From NCBI GenBank assembly GCA_965200875.1, contig OZ241456.1, positions 992,001 through 1,056,000 on the forward strand: a stretch of DNA of 64,000 nt. Reading direction: 5' to 3'. Origin of the DNA: Bdellovibrionales bacterium. GTDB taxonomy: Bacteria; Bdellovibrionota; Bdellovibrionia; Bdellovibrionales; UBA1609. Shown here piece after piece: positions 1 through 8,922 of this stretch (its first letter is position 1; every line of letters begins with the position of its first letter). The position numbers and the translations under genes are program-made. Under the pieces are notes generated by a model that did not search any database, was not told the origin of the DNA, and worked only from the letters and a program-made list of their open reading frames with translations.

Positions 1-441
<441 letters not shown>

Positions 442-595
442 TGAAATTTTTTGAGGTTGATGATATGGCGACATGTACTGTTCTTGTTCTCCTGAATTTG
501 TTGTTTATATATATTCTCCATCCCAAAGTTGGTGATATGCAGATAAGGCAATGGCAACAAACAATACTAATGGCATAGCAGACTTTTTCATAGCA

Positions 596-1819
596 CTAGT
601 GGTCTTGTTCTTTTACTGGCAGGATATAAGTTCGGATGGAAGTGCTTAAAGAGTTAATAGCTTGGTAAAGTTGCTTTGTGTGTCTATCTTCCACATCCAT
701 AATCAAGTAACCTATATCGTCTTTTGTGGATAGATATTGACTTTGAATATTGATTTTCAAATTGGAAACCAACCCATTAATACTACCCAATACCCCTGGT
801 ACATTTTGATGTATGTTAACCAATCTTTTTCCCGACTTTGATGGTTCTAAAACCGGAGGGTTAAGAATCGGAAAATTAATGGCCCCTTCTGTTATTCCAT
901 GAAAAAGATACTTCACTATGGAAGCACTCACTTGTTTGGCAATATTTTTTTGCGCCTCTTCCGTGCTACCTGCGATATGAGGAGTAAGAATCACCTGCTC
1001 CATGCCTTGTAACTCACAGGAAAAAGAACTGGTTTTACTTTGTGGTTCTTTAGGAAACACATCTAAACTTACTCCGGCCAAATGTTTTTCCGATAATGCC
1101 TTCTTCACATCTATCAGGTTAACTACACTTCCCCGGCTGGTGTTAATAAGAAATGAACCTTTTTTCATCCACTTTAATTGTTTTTCTTGGATCATATTTT
1201 TTGTCAAAGCCGTTTGAGGTACATGTAATGTCACAAAATCAGAACACTTCATCAAATCTTTCAAATTTTTTACCGGTTTAGCATTCCCCAATGGCAAAGT
1301 TTCGATAATATCAAAATAAATCACTTTCATTCCCATTGCTTCCGCTAGTATGCTGACTTGTGTGCCAATATGACCATATCCCACAATCCCCAAAGTTTTC
1401 CCTCTTACTTCCCGACTGCCTTGAGCAGTTTTACTCCATTTTTTTTGGTGCAAAAGCTGATTAAACTTATAGGTTTGGCGGGAAAGCGCGATAATATGTG
1501 AGATTACTAATTCTGCTACACTTCTGGTATTGCCATAAGGGGCGTTAAAAACTGGCACACCCATTTTACGGGCTGACTCCAAGGCAATTTGATCAGTGCC
1601 AATACAAAAAGCTCCAATAAGTCTTAACTCTGGGCAAAGTGCTTTTAGAATATCTTTTGTAATGTGGGTTTGGGATCGAACACCTAAAGCTCTACAGTTT
1701 GTTTGCTTAACCAGTTCATCAAAGCTGGGAGCAGATTTTATATGCTCCACTGTAAGGCCCTGTGCACTTAAATATTCATCTGCGGATTTATGGACACCTT
1801 CCAATAATAAACATTTCAT
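596..1819 (-). CDS. serA: D-3-phosphoglycerate dehydrogenase with C-terminal ACT domain
   Basis: FCIGTDQI, NAPYGNTRSVAELV, GIVGYGHIG, TPHIAGSTEEAQ, HQNVPGVL motifs; ATG at 1819 preceded by AAGGAG. Confidence 0.93.
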   Translation of the reverse strand: MKCLLLEGVHKSADEYLSAQGLTVEHIKSAPSFDELVKQTNCRALGVRSQTHITKDILKALCPELRLIGAFCIGTDQIALESARKMGVPVFNAPYGNTRSVAELVISHIIALSRQTYKFNQLLHQKKWSKTAQGSREVRGKTLGIVGYGHIGTQVSILAEAMGMKVIYFDIIETLPLGNAKPVKNLKDLMKCSDFVTLHVPQTALTKNMIQEKQLKWMKKGSFLINTSRGSVVNLIDVKKALSEKHLAGVSLDVFPKEPQSKTSSFSCELQGMEQVILTPHIAGSTEEAQKNIAKQVSASIVKYLFHGITEGAINFPILNPPVLEPSKSGKRLVNIHQNVPGVLGSINGLVSNLKINIQSQYLSTKDDIGYLIMDVEDRHTKQLYQAINSLSTSIRTYILPVKEQDH

Positions 1820-1984
1820 AATAAACTCCTTTGTTTTCAAAATAGCAGAGTTGGTCTGAAAAGTTGATTTTTTTTCACTGATTTGTGCCTGACTTTCAAA
1901 TTTTTATTACCTTTTGAAAACCCAGTAAAATATAGAGATTTGCCAAAAGAATTGCAAAAAGTCAAAGATTTCTGATACTTTCGG

Positions 1985-2081
1985 GTGTTTTCAGTATTTC
2001 TGAATTGTCAAAATATTGTTTAGATTTTTTTCACAATCGGCCTATAGTTTTCAAAGTGTTTTCAGTATTTCTGAATTGTCA
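1985..2081. repeat. 26-bp perfect direct repeat (1985-2010, 2056-2081) in a divergent intergenic region
   Basis: GTGTTTTCAGTATTTCTGAATTGTCA occurs twice. Confidence 0.85.
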
Positions 2082-2175
2082 CAGAAGTATCAATCATGGT
2101 GTAGCCAAAAATAGTAGACACTCCACCTCTTTCCATTTACTTATAAAATAACCTATAAAATATGTAGAGAAAACC

Positions 2176-2943
2176 ATGATACAGGAATTGCAAAAAAATA
2201 CGGAAGAAATGGACATATCCGGCGAGCCTAATATTTGGGATATGTTTGATTATGAAAAGATATCGAGTCGCTTATTCACTAGGGGTATATGGGCACTTTT
2301 TCTGCGATTAGCTTTTAAGTTTTATGTGCGTTTAAGGGTGAAGGGAAACTTTAAAGGCTTTTACAAAAAATATCCAAAACTGATTATCATATCAAATCAT
2401 GCCAGTCACTTGGATGGACCAGCTATTTTAACCTCCATTCCTTTCACTCATTGGATGGATCTTTATATTTTAGCGGCCAGAGATTACTGGTTCAGTAGCA
2501 GGGCTTTACGATTTTTTTCAAAATATTTTTTAGGAGCTATCCCCGTGGATCGAGCCACTAAGAGAACAGATTCTATAAAAAGGTGTGTTAATCTTTTAAA
2601 TGATTTGAAAAGAATCTGGATAGTTATGTTTCCTGAAGGCACTCGCTCCATAGATGGTTCTCTCAAGCCTTTTAAAAATGGAGTGGGTCTTTTTTCTCAA
2701 AAAACCAATACTCCGGTTTTGTTCCTCTACCTGCAAAAAAACCGAAGTTTATGGCCAAAAGGAAAAAGTTTCCCTCTCCCCGGAAAAATGTATTTGCATG
2801 TAGGGCCTGTGCAGGAACCGGGAGATACGAATACCATTTTTAATCATTATAAGAAATGGACAGAGGAAGTGGAGGAAAAAATTAAAAAGAAAAAACGATT
2901 CAGAGGCTTATACAGGAAGAAAGTCCAAGCCAGTTCTAGATGA
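2176..2943 (+). CDS. 1-acyl-sn-glycerol-3-phosphate acyltransferase (PlsC/LPLAT family)
   Basis: NHASHLD (HxxxxD) and FPEGTRS motifs. Confidence 0.88.
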   Translation: MIQELQKNTEEMDISGEPNIWDMFDYEKISSRLFTRGIWALFLRLAFKFYVRLRVKGNFKGFYKKYPKLIIISNHASHLDGPAILTSIPFTHWMDLYILAARDYWFSSRALRFFSKYFLGAIPVDRATKRTDSIKRCVNLLNDLKRIWIVMFPEGTRSIDGSLKPFKNGVGLFSQKTNTPVLFLYLQKNRSLWPKGKSFPLPGKMYLHVGPVQEPGDTNTIFNHYKKWTEEVEEKIKKKKRFRGLYRKKVQASSR

Positions 2944-3016
2944 ATATTCATAAAAAGACATAACTTGCTACTCATGTGAAGTATAAAGTTGTAAAATCCG
3001 AAACAAAAGGACAGTC

Positions 3017-4321
3017 ATGTTAAACACAAATTCAGAAAAAGTGGTGAAGAAACTACTCACTCCTTTTGAAAAATTTTTTTCTTTGGAAGCAAGTTCTGGT
3101 ATTGTTTTACTTTTCTTTGCTTTATTGGCTTTATCTTGGGCCAACTCTCCCTGGTCTGATTTTTATCACAAACTTTTATACTATCCTTTAGGGTTTCATA
3201 TTGGTAAATTCTCTCTTTCTTTTTCCCTTCACCATTGGGTGAATGATGCTTTAATGGTTATTTTCTTTTTTGTCGTAGGTTTGGAAATCAAAAGAGAGTT
3301 GAGTGTAGGGGAGCTTTCCACTCCCAAAAAAGCGGCTTTGCCTATTTTTGCAGCTTTAGGGGGTATGTTGGTCCCGGCTCTTTTTTATCTGAGTTTCAAT
3401 CACACAGGACCTACTCAAGTGGGTTGGGGTATTCCAATGGCGACTGATATTGCTTTTGCGGTTGGTGTTTTAAGTCTTATGTCTAAAAGAGTGCCATTCT
3501 CACTCAAGGTGTTTCTTTTAGCGTTGGCTATCGTAGACGATCTAGGTGCGGTTTTGGTAATAGCGTTTTTCTACTCTCAGGACATTGCAGGGAGGTTTTT
3601 AACTTTTTCTGGGTTAATGGTTTTTATTATTTTTTGTGCTCGTAAAGTAGGCATCCGGCATATAGCGTTTTATGTTTTTTGCGGAGTTGGTCTTTGGTTT
3701 TTTGTATTAAAAAGCGGTGTGCATTCCACAGTGGCTGGGGTAATTTTGGGTTTAATGTGTCCAGCTAAAAAAACTAAAGATAAAACTTCAACCTTGGAAA
3801 ATATTAAAGAATTTTCTGTATCCTCTTACAAGGACACAAAGCGGATTTTACGCTCCATCCGTTCCCTTCATACTCCTGCACATTATTTGATTGAAACTCT
3901 GCACCCTTATGTAACATGGATTATTATGCCGACATTTGCTTTTTTTAATGCGGGAGTGACCTTTCAATCCAGCTTTTCTTTTATGGAGTTCATATCTCAC
4001 CCAGTTTCTTTGGGTATTTTGTGGGGTCTTCTTTTAGGAAAACCCATTGGCATTATTTTGTTTTCCTTTCTTGCTGTTCGGTTAAAACTAGCTGTTTGGC
4101 CTACTGACTTTAACTGGAAAATACTTACAGGTGTAGGTTTTTTGGCAGGTATTGGTTTCACTATGGCACTGTTTATTTCTCACCTCAGTTTTGAGTCTCA
4201 ACCTGATCTGGGCATTTATTCTAAGCTCAGTATTTTACTAGCTTCTTTATTAGCTATGTTGATAGGTTTAGCTTTTATTGCTTCTTCCAAAAAACTAAAC
4301 TCAAAAACCTCTAAAAAATAA
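3017..4321 (+). CDS. nhaA: Na+/H+ antiporter NhaA
   Basis: WVNDALM, GLEIKRE, GWGIPMATDIAFA, LAIVDDLGA, GIGFTMALFI motifs. Confidence 0.96.
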   Translation: MLNTNSEKVVKKLLTPFEKFFSLEASSGIVLLFFALLALSWANSPWSDFYHKLLYYPLGFHIGKFSLSFSLHHWVNDALMVIFFFVVGLEIKRELSVGELSTPKKAALPIFAALGGMLVPALFYLSFNHTGPTQVGWGIPMATDIAFAVGVLSLMSKRVPFSLKVFLLALAIVDDLGAVLVIAFFYSQDIAGRFLTFSGLMVFIIFCARKVGIRHIAFYVFCGVGLWFFVLKSGVHSTVAGVILGLMCPAKKTKDKTSTLENIKEFSVSSYKDTKRILRSIRSLHTPAHYLIETLHPYVTWIIMPTFAFFNAGVTFQSSFSFMEFISHPVSLGILWGLLLGKPIGIILFSFLAVRLKLAVWPTDFNWKILTGVGFLAGIGFTMALFISHLSFESQPDLGIYSKLSILLASLLAMLIGLAFIASSKKLNSKTSKK

Positions 4322-4467
4322 AATGGACCAGTATATTGCAGTATGTGGCGCGTGCAGTATAAGGTCTGGCAGAGTATAGGCTGGGCAGGGGAGGGGTGGG
4401 TTGCTTGGCAGTATGTGTAGTAGCAGTATGGACAAAAGAAGCAAAATTGTATATTGTGGTTTTTATG

Positions 4468-4541
4468 GGTGGCGTAGCTCAGCTGGATAGAGCATGAGCC
4501 TTCTAAGCTCAGGGTCGCAGGTTCGAATCCTGCCGCCATCA
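4468..4541 (+). tRNA. tRNA-Arg(TCT), CCA not encoded
   Basis: Acceptor stem GGTGGCG/CGCCATC, anticodon arm TGAGC-CT-TCT-AA-GCTCA, T-arm GGTTCGAATCC. Confidence 0.96.
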
Positions 4542-4596
4542 CTTAAAAAAGAACCTCCTTTCAGCCTGTTTCTTTTGCCTTTTTGACAGAATTAAA

Positions 4597-5436
4597 TCAG
4601 CCTCTTGCGGGACACAACTGGGGATGTATCTCCCCTAATCCTATTGCTACTACTCCTGCTCCTAATAGCATTGCTACTGCAGTTCCTGCTATTACTCCTG
4701 CCCCTGTTGCTATTGTCAATCCTGTTGTTGCTACAACCAATGTTGTAACTACTCCTCCTATTACTACTAATGGAATTGTGTCGATTTGGGTGAATTTCAT
4801 TTTTTTTGCTATTCCTCCTATTACTATTCCTCCTGCTATTCCTGCTACTACTCCTACTCCAATTACTCCTGCTCCTAATGCTCCTGCTACTCCTGTTCCT
4901 CCTGCTACTATTGCCACTGCATGAGGATTAGAACATACAAAATCTCCCAAGCCCTCCCCCTCTAAATTTAAACCAGCTGTTTGTAAATATCCCCTTGGAA
5001 CAAAAGAAGAATCAACAGGAGCATACGAAGAAAGAGAACTCGCTAAAATCTCTTCTGAATCTCTCACCAAAACTGTATCTTCCTCATCACAAAGAATCAT
5101 CTCTTTGGTCATGTTGTCGTACATAAAACATTTCTTCGCCGTATCCAAAAAAGCCACACGAATCATTCCCTCACTTTCAGACGATTCTGATGATACACTC
5201 TCTTTTCCGGGAAGAATAAACATCCTCTGAATGTCATCTGCACCTAAATGCTCAAGACCTGCTTTCATCTGAGAAGCTTGCTCTTTCATCTCCAAAACCT
5301 CCTGAGGACCAAGAGAAAAATTATTTATCTTGTGGCTATCCGTATGATCACTTGGCTTTGGAGGTACATGGGCATAACCTGAAAGTGGTAACAGTGGAAC
5401 AAAAACCACCATCAAATAATACATTAATTTTTTCAT
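4597..5436 (-). CDS. Secreted/membrane hypothetical protein with Gly/Ala/Val/Ile-rich hydrophobic C-terminal domain
   Basis: Signal-peptide-like N-terminus, AGGAGG RBS upstream, ~100-aa glycine-zipper-like hydrophobic tail. Confidence 0.7.
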   Translation of the reverse strand: MKKLMYYLMVVFVPLLPLSGYAHVPPKPSDHTDSHKINNFSLGPQEVLEMKEQASQMKAGLEHLGADDIQRMFILPGKESVSSESSESEGMIRVAFLDTAKKCFMYDNMTKEMILCDEEDTVLVRDSEEILASSLSSYAPVDSSFVPRGYLQTAGLNLEGEGLGDFVCSNPHAVAIVAGGTGVAGALGAGVIGVGVVAGIAGGIVIGGIAKKMKFTQIDTIPLVVIGGVVTTLVVATTGLTIATGAGVIAGTAVAMLLGAGVVAIGLGEIHPQLCPARG

Positions 5437-5802
5437 AATAATCCTCCTGTTTTTTTGTTAAAATTCCTCTACTTGTCTGTCAATCTTGCACAGGCAGGAA
5501 TCTCCTGACTTTTGAGAAGATGTAACACAAGTGGTTGACTTAACTAAACGGCCTTATTCAAAGCCGACCAACACACAGATACTTAAGACTGATTTGTGAG
5601 CTGTGAAAGTTTATAAATAAAGGACTTTAAGTGTGGTTGCAATAATTTTTTAAAGATAGTGAAAACTTTACACTATTATGAAAAAAAGTACATACTTTGC
5701 ACTATCTCCTATCCTTTCAAAGCCTCATCCAATATAAAAAATTCCTGTCCATCAGGTTTTATCCTACCAGACTCTTCTCTATAATCATACTGGTTTATTG
5801 AT

Positions 5803-5901
5803 ATGGAAAATCTTACAAATCTCAAAGCTATATTGCATTCAAAACGTGCTAATATTTATTATTTGGAAAAATGCCGGATAATGCAAAAAGATGGAAGTTA
5901 A
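5803..5901 (+). pseudogene. Truncated, frameshifted copy of the cas1 5' end
   Basis: 5779-5926 nearly identical to 9407-9566; a 10-nt deletion gives MENLTNLKAILHSKRANIYYLEKCRIMQKDGS*. Confidence 0.92.
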
Positions 5902-5932
5902 CTGAAGATAAACAAAACAAAAAATAATTGAA

Positions 5933-7061
5933 ATGTGGAACTGAACAACGTTTTACGGCAAAATGAAGTATGTAAAAAGCTGTTTGCTCATACACAAAGT
6001 TAAATATTGTATTAAAAAAAAAACACCTTTAAGATATAAGAAATATTATCTTCACTCTGAGGTTTTATATGACAAAAACAACAAAAAAATTGCCTGTCGG
6101 GCATCACGATATATTTTTTAAAGCGTGCTATTCCAACCCCTGCTTTGCCAAGGAGTTGTTTCAGCTAGTTCTTTCTAAAGAGGAGTTAGCCATCTTTGAC
6201 TGGGAGAACCTCAAGGCTGAAAAAGACAGCTTTCAGGATCTAAGGGCAGACTTGGTTTTTTCTGTTCCGCTTAAAAATCAGCCAGGTAAGAAAGCCAAAC
6301 TTTGTTTGCTTTTAGAACATAAGTCTCGTTTCAGTCGCCGAATGTATCATCAGGTTCTTAAATACAAAACCCTTATTATAGGTAAGAGTCTGGAGAAAGT
6401 AGAGGATGATTGCCTTGTTATAGCATCTGTATTTTATCATGGAAAAGAACCTTGGAAGTGGGCAAAATCATTCAAAAAAGGACTTTGGGGGCGTATTTTG
6501 CCGGAAATTCCTTCTTCTTTGGAAAAGGATATGTTAGATTATGGGATAAGGGTTTTAGACACCCATGATCCCAAAGTGGAGAAAGCCATTTGTGACAAAA
6601 ATTTTAAGAGTCGTGGTTTTTTAAGTGCGTTAAAGAAAGTATGGTCTTTCAAAGCAGAAGAGAAGGAATTGAAAGAGATAGTTTCGTTATTTGATAACTG
6701 GACTGGTGACAAAGAAGATTTAGTACTAAGTGTGGGAGATTATTTTTGGTCGTCTGTTTCCGGTATGACAAAGGAATTATGGGAGAAGTTGGAACATGAG
6801 GCTGTTATTAAAGGTATTTTTTCAAAAGGAGGTTATATGAACATAAGAGAGCACATTAAAGAGGAAGGGCGACAAGAAGGTATGCAACAAGGTATGCAAC
6901 AGGGTATGCAACAGGGTATGCAACAGGGTCAAAAAGAGCTGATTTTAAAATTACTTAAAAATGGTGTGGATTTGCAGGTTCTTTGCAAAGGCACGGGACT
7001 TTCCGAAGAAGAAATTAAAAAACTTAATAACAGTGACTAAGAATGCCAAATAATTTTCTTT
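5933..7061 (+). repeat. Left copy of ~1.13 kb direct repeat (post-array sequence + rpn)
   Basis: Matches 20166-21306 apart from a few substitutions and one 12-bp repeat unit. Confidence 0.96.
6069..7040 (+). CDS. Rpn/YhgA-family PD-(D/E)XK nuclease ('transposase_31'-like), copy 1
   Basis: HHDIFFK, RADLVFS, LLLEHKS, VFYHG motifs; (GMQQ)n repeat; C-terminal TGLSEEEIKKL. Confidence 0.92.
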   Translation: MTKTTKKLPVGHHDIFFKACYSNPCFAKELFQLVLSKEELAIFDWENLKAEKDSFQDLRADLVFSVPLKNQPGKKAKLCLLLEHKSRFSRRMYHQVLKYKTLIIGKSLEKVEDDCLVIASVFYHGKEPWKWAKSFKKGLWGRILPEIPSSLEKDMLDYGIRVLDTHDPKVEKAICDKNFKSRGFLSALKKVWSFKAEEKELKEIVSLFDNWTGDKEDLVLSVGDYFWSSVSGMTKELWEKLEHEAVIKGIFSKGGYMNIREHIKEEGRQEGMQQGMQQGMQQGMQQGQKELILKLLKNGVDLQVLCKGTGLSEEEIKKLNNSD

Positions 7062-7134
7062 CAGGCGAGTTCAGTTTTAGGCACATCACGGCTGAAAGAC
7101 GTGCGCATGGCAAAATAAAGCTAGCCTCTCTCTG

Positions 7135-7268
7135 AATGGAAAAGAGTTGAGCAGTTGGCAATAGAAAGAAGTTTATTAAAAAGAGGAGGTTATATGGACA
7201 TAAGAGAAGAGATTAAATTAGTAGGTATACAAGAAGGCATGCAGAAAGGTCTAAGAGAAGGTATGCAA
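7135..7268 (+). pseudogene. 3' fragment of an rpn gene closely matching the copy at 52973-54055; keeps the internal RBS+ATG (ORF 7194-7448)
   Basis: WKRVEQLAIERSLLKRGGYMDIREEIKLVGIQEGMQKGLREG, near-identical DNA to ~53734-53867. Confidence 0.85.
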
Positions 7269-7489
7269 AGTAGATCGCTGACGGGTGAAAATGCCATTTT
7301 AGCAGGTTTATCGCTTAGTATGAAAAAGAATTTTGCTTTAGTCAGACATTGTGCTTTAATTGAGGGACATGAGTGTAAATTTTGTAATCGTGCCATACTT
7401 TTCTTTATTTTTGTCAAGCAGGCGTTGCGTTTTAATTGCGAGGCTTAAGGTTTTGGTTCCCTAGTTTTCTGAAGAGGTTATTTTTTAAT

Positions 7490-8212
7490 ATGTCTCAAAA
7501 ATACGCAAATCCACCTATAAAAGAAGCTGTTTTTGATTTTCAGGTGAGAGGGGGTAACCCTTTTAGCCAAAAATCCTATCAACAGTTTTTAGATAAAAAC
7601 GCTGGGTATGTTGTAGCCGGAAAGATGCGGGATGTAAATGTTTCTACAGAAACCGAGCTTGTAGAAGCAAAAACGGAACTCATCGGATATAGAGCTTCTA
7701 ATAAAAACAACACACAAATTGTGCAGTTCAAAAAAAATGGACTTAGTTTTAGCCAATTGGAACCATATAGTGGCTGGGACAAAAGCTATAAAGAAGCTTT
7801 AAAACTATGGCAAATATATTGTGAGGTTAGAAAGCCACAAACCATTACCAGACTCGCCGTTCGTTTTATCAATCGATTTCAAATTTCCGATATATTTACC
7901 GAACCTTCAGAGTATTTTAGTGGGTACATTAAATATGATAAAAGTATCTCTCCCACTTGGCATCAAATGTCTTATAAGCTCTTATTCTCACATAATCAAG
8001 GTATTAAATCACATATTATAAGTGATGCTTTAGTGAATCAACAGAACTCAAGTGTAAATATTCTTCTTGATATAGATGTTTTTTCGGATGGGCTGGCTTT
8101 GTCTGCGAAAGAAGTGCTTGGAGTGGAAAATGTTTTTAAAGTTCTTCGGCAAATAAAAAATAATATTTTTGAAAAAAGTATAACAGATAAAACAAAAGAT
8201 TTGATAAAATGA
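7490..8212 (+). CDS. TIGR04255-family-like protein
   Basis: N-terminal KYANPPIKEAVFD, PYSGW, ITRLAVRFINRF, ILLDIDVF and C-terminal KNNIFEKSIT motifs; ~240 aa; GAGG upstream of ATG 7490. Confidence 0.78.
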   Translation: MSQKYANPPIKEAVFDFQVRGGNPFSQKSYQQFLDKNAGYVVAGKMRDVNVSTETELVEAKTELIGYRASNKNNTQIVQFKKNGLSFSQLEPYSGWDKSYKEALKLWQIYCEVRKPQTITRLAVRFINRFQISDIFTEPSEYFSGYIKYDKSISPTWHQMSYKLLFSHNQGIKSHIISDALVNQQNSSVNILLDIDVFSDGLALSAKEVLGVENVFKVLRQIKNNIFEKSITDKTKDLIK

Positions 8213-8862
8213 CAACACCCTTGCAAAGCCCTGTTCATAATCAAATCCGCATTAATGTTTTGAATCTACTTCAAAACAAAGAAAATGTTTGGTGCATAAA
8301 TGGCAGATCGATATATCACAATTCAATGGAAAATTCAGTGGTGGGTGCTCCCTCTGAGTATTTAAGTCGCCAGAAGCTTAGAATGCCCGAAGAGGTAGTA
8401 GATACAAAGAAGTTTGTCATCGTAAGTATACCCTCTTATAGGTCACGGGGATATGAAGACACACTTCTTAGTGAAAGACCATTACAGTTTTATGATGAAA
8501 AACCATTACAAGATTTAGAACATAAAATTATACAAGTGCATGATGAGCATCAAACAGAAAATTGGGATGGCTATGGAGCTAAGCCCGTTCAAAATTTGTC
8601 ACAAGCTTTACACTTTGCTAAAGCACTGTTTCAAGAATCCAGGTTGTTTGTTGAAAAAGTGGATATTACTCCTGAAAATGACAGTGCTATTTGTTTTGAG
8701 TGGTTTTTATCTAATGAACAATATGTGGCTATATCAGTAAAAAATGACAAACTTATTTATCATTATCAATCAGGAGAGGGAAAAGGTTGTGGGGAAACAA
8801 ATTTTTTCGGCAAGCAGATGCTTTTTGAAAAGATAAAACAAATGGGTTATGGACTCAGTTAA
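8209..8862 (+). CDS. Hypothetical protein with ENWDGYGAKP motif
   Basis: 217-aa ORF, ATGA overlap with the upstream gene; NWDGYGA and ITPENDSAICFEW motifs. Confidence 0.75.
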   Translation: MTTPLQSPVHNQIRINVLNLLQNKENVWCINGRSIYHNSMENSVVGAPSEYLSRQKLRMPEEVVDTKKFVIVSIPSYRSRGYEDTLLSERPLQFYDEKPLQDLEHKIIQVHDEHQTENWDGYGAKPVQNLSQALHFAKALFQESRLFVEKVDITPENDSAICFEWFLSNEQYVAISVKNDKLIYHYQSGEGKGCGETNFFGKQMLFEKIKQMGYGLS

Positions 8863-8922
8863 TCTGTGGTCTTTTCAAAAAGTGAAATTTTAAGTTATTA
8901 AGTTTCAGATGAAGTTGGTATT

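Noticed and set aside
4583..4924. Pro/Thr/Ala-rich + strand ORF
   Set aside because: Antisense shadow of the NNA-codon region of 4597-5436, which has the RBS and signal peptide.
5478..5503. GCACAGGCAG match to the CRISPR repeat (orphan repeat?)
   Set aside because: Only 10 nt match and the CTGCC arm of the hairpin is missing; it fits a dRS3/REP-like palindrome better.
6069..7040. Rpn copies as classical IS elements
   Set aside because: No terminal inverted repeats or target-site duplications seen; the family is PD-(D/E)XK, not DDE.
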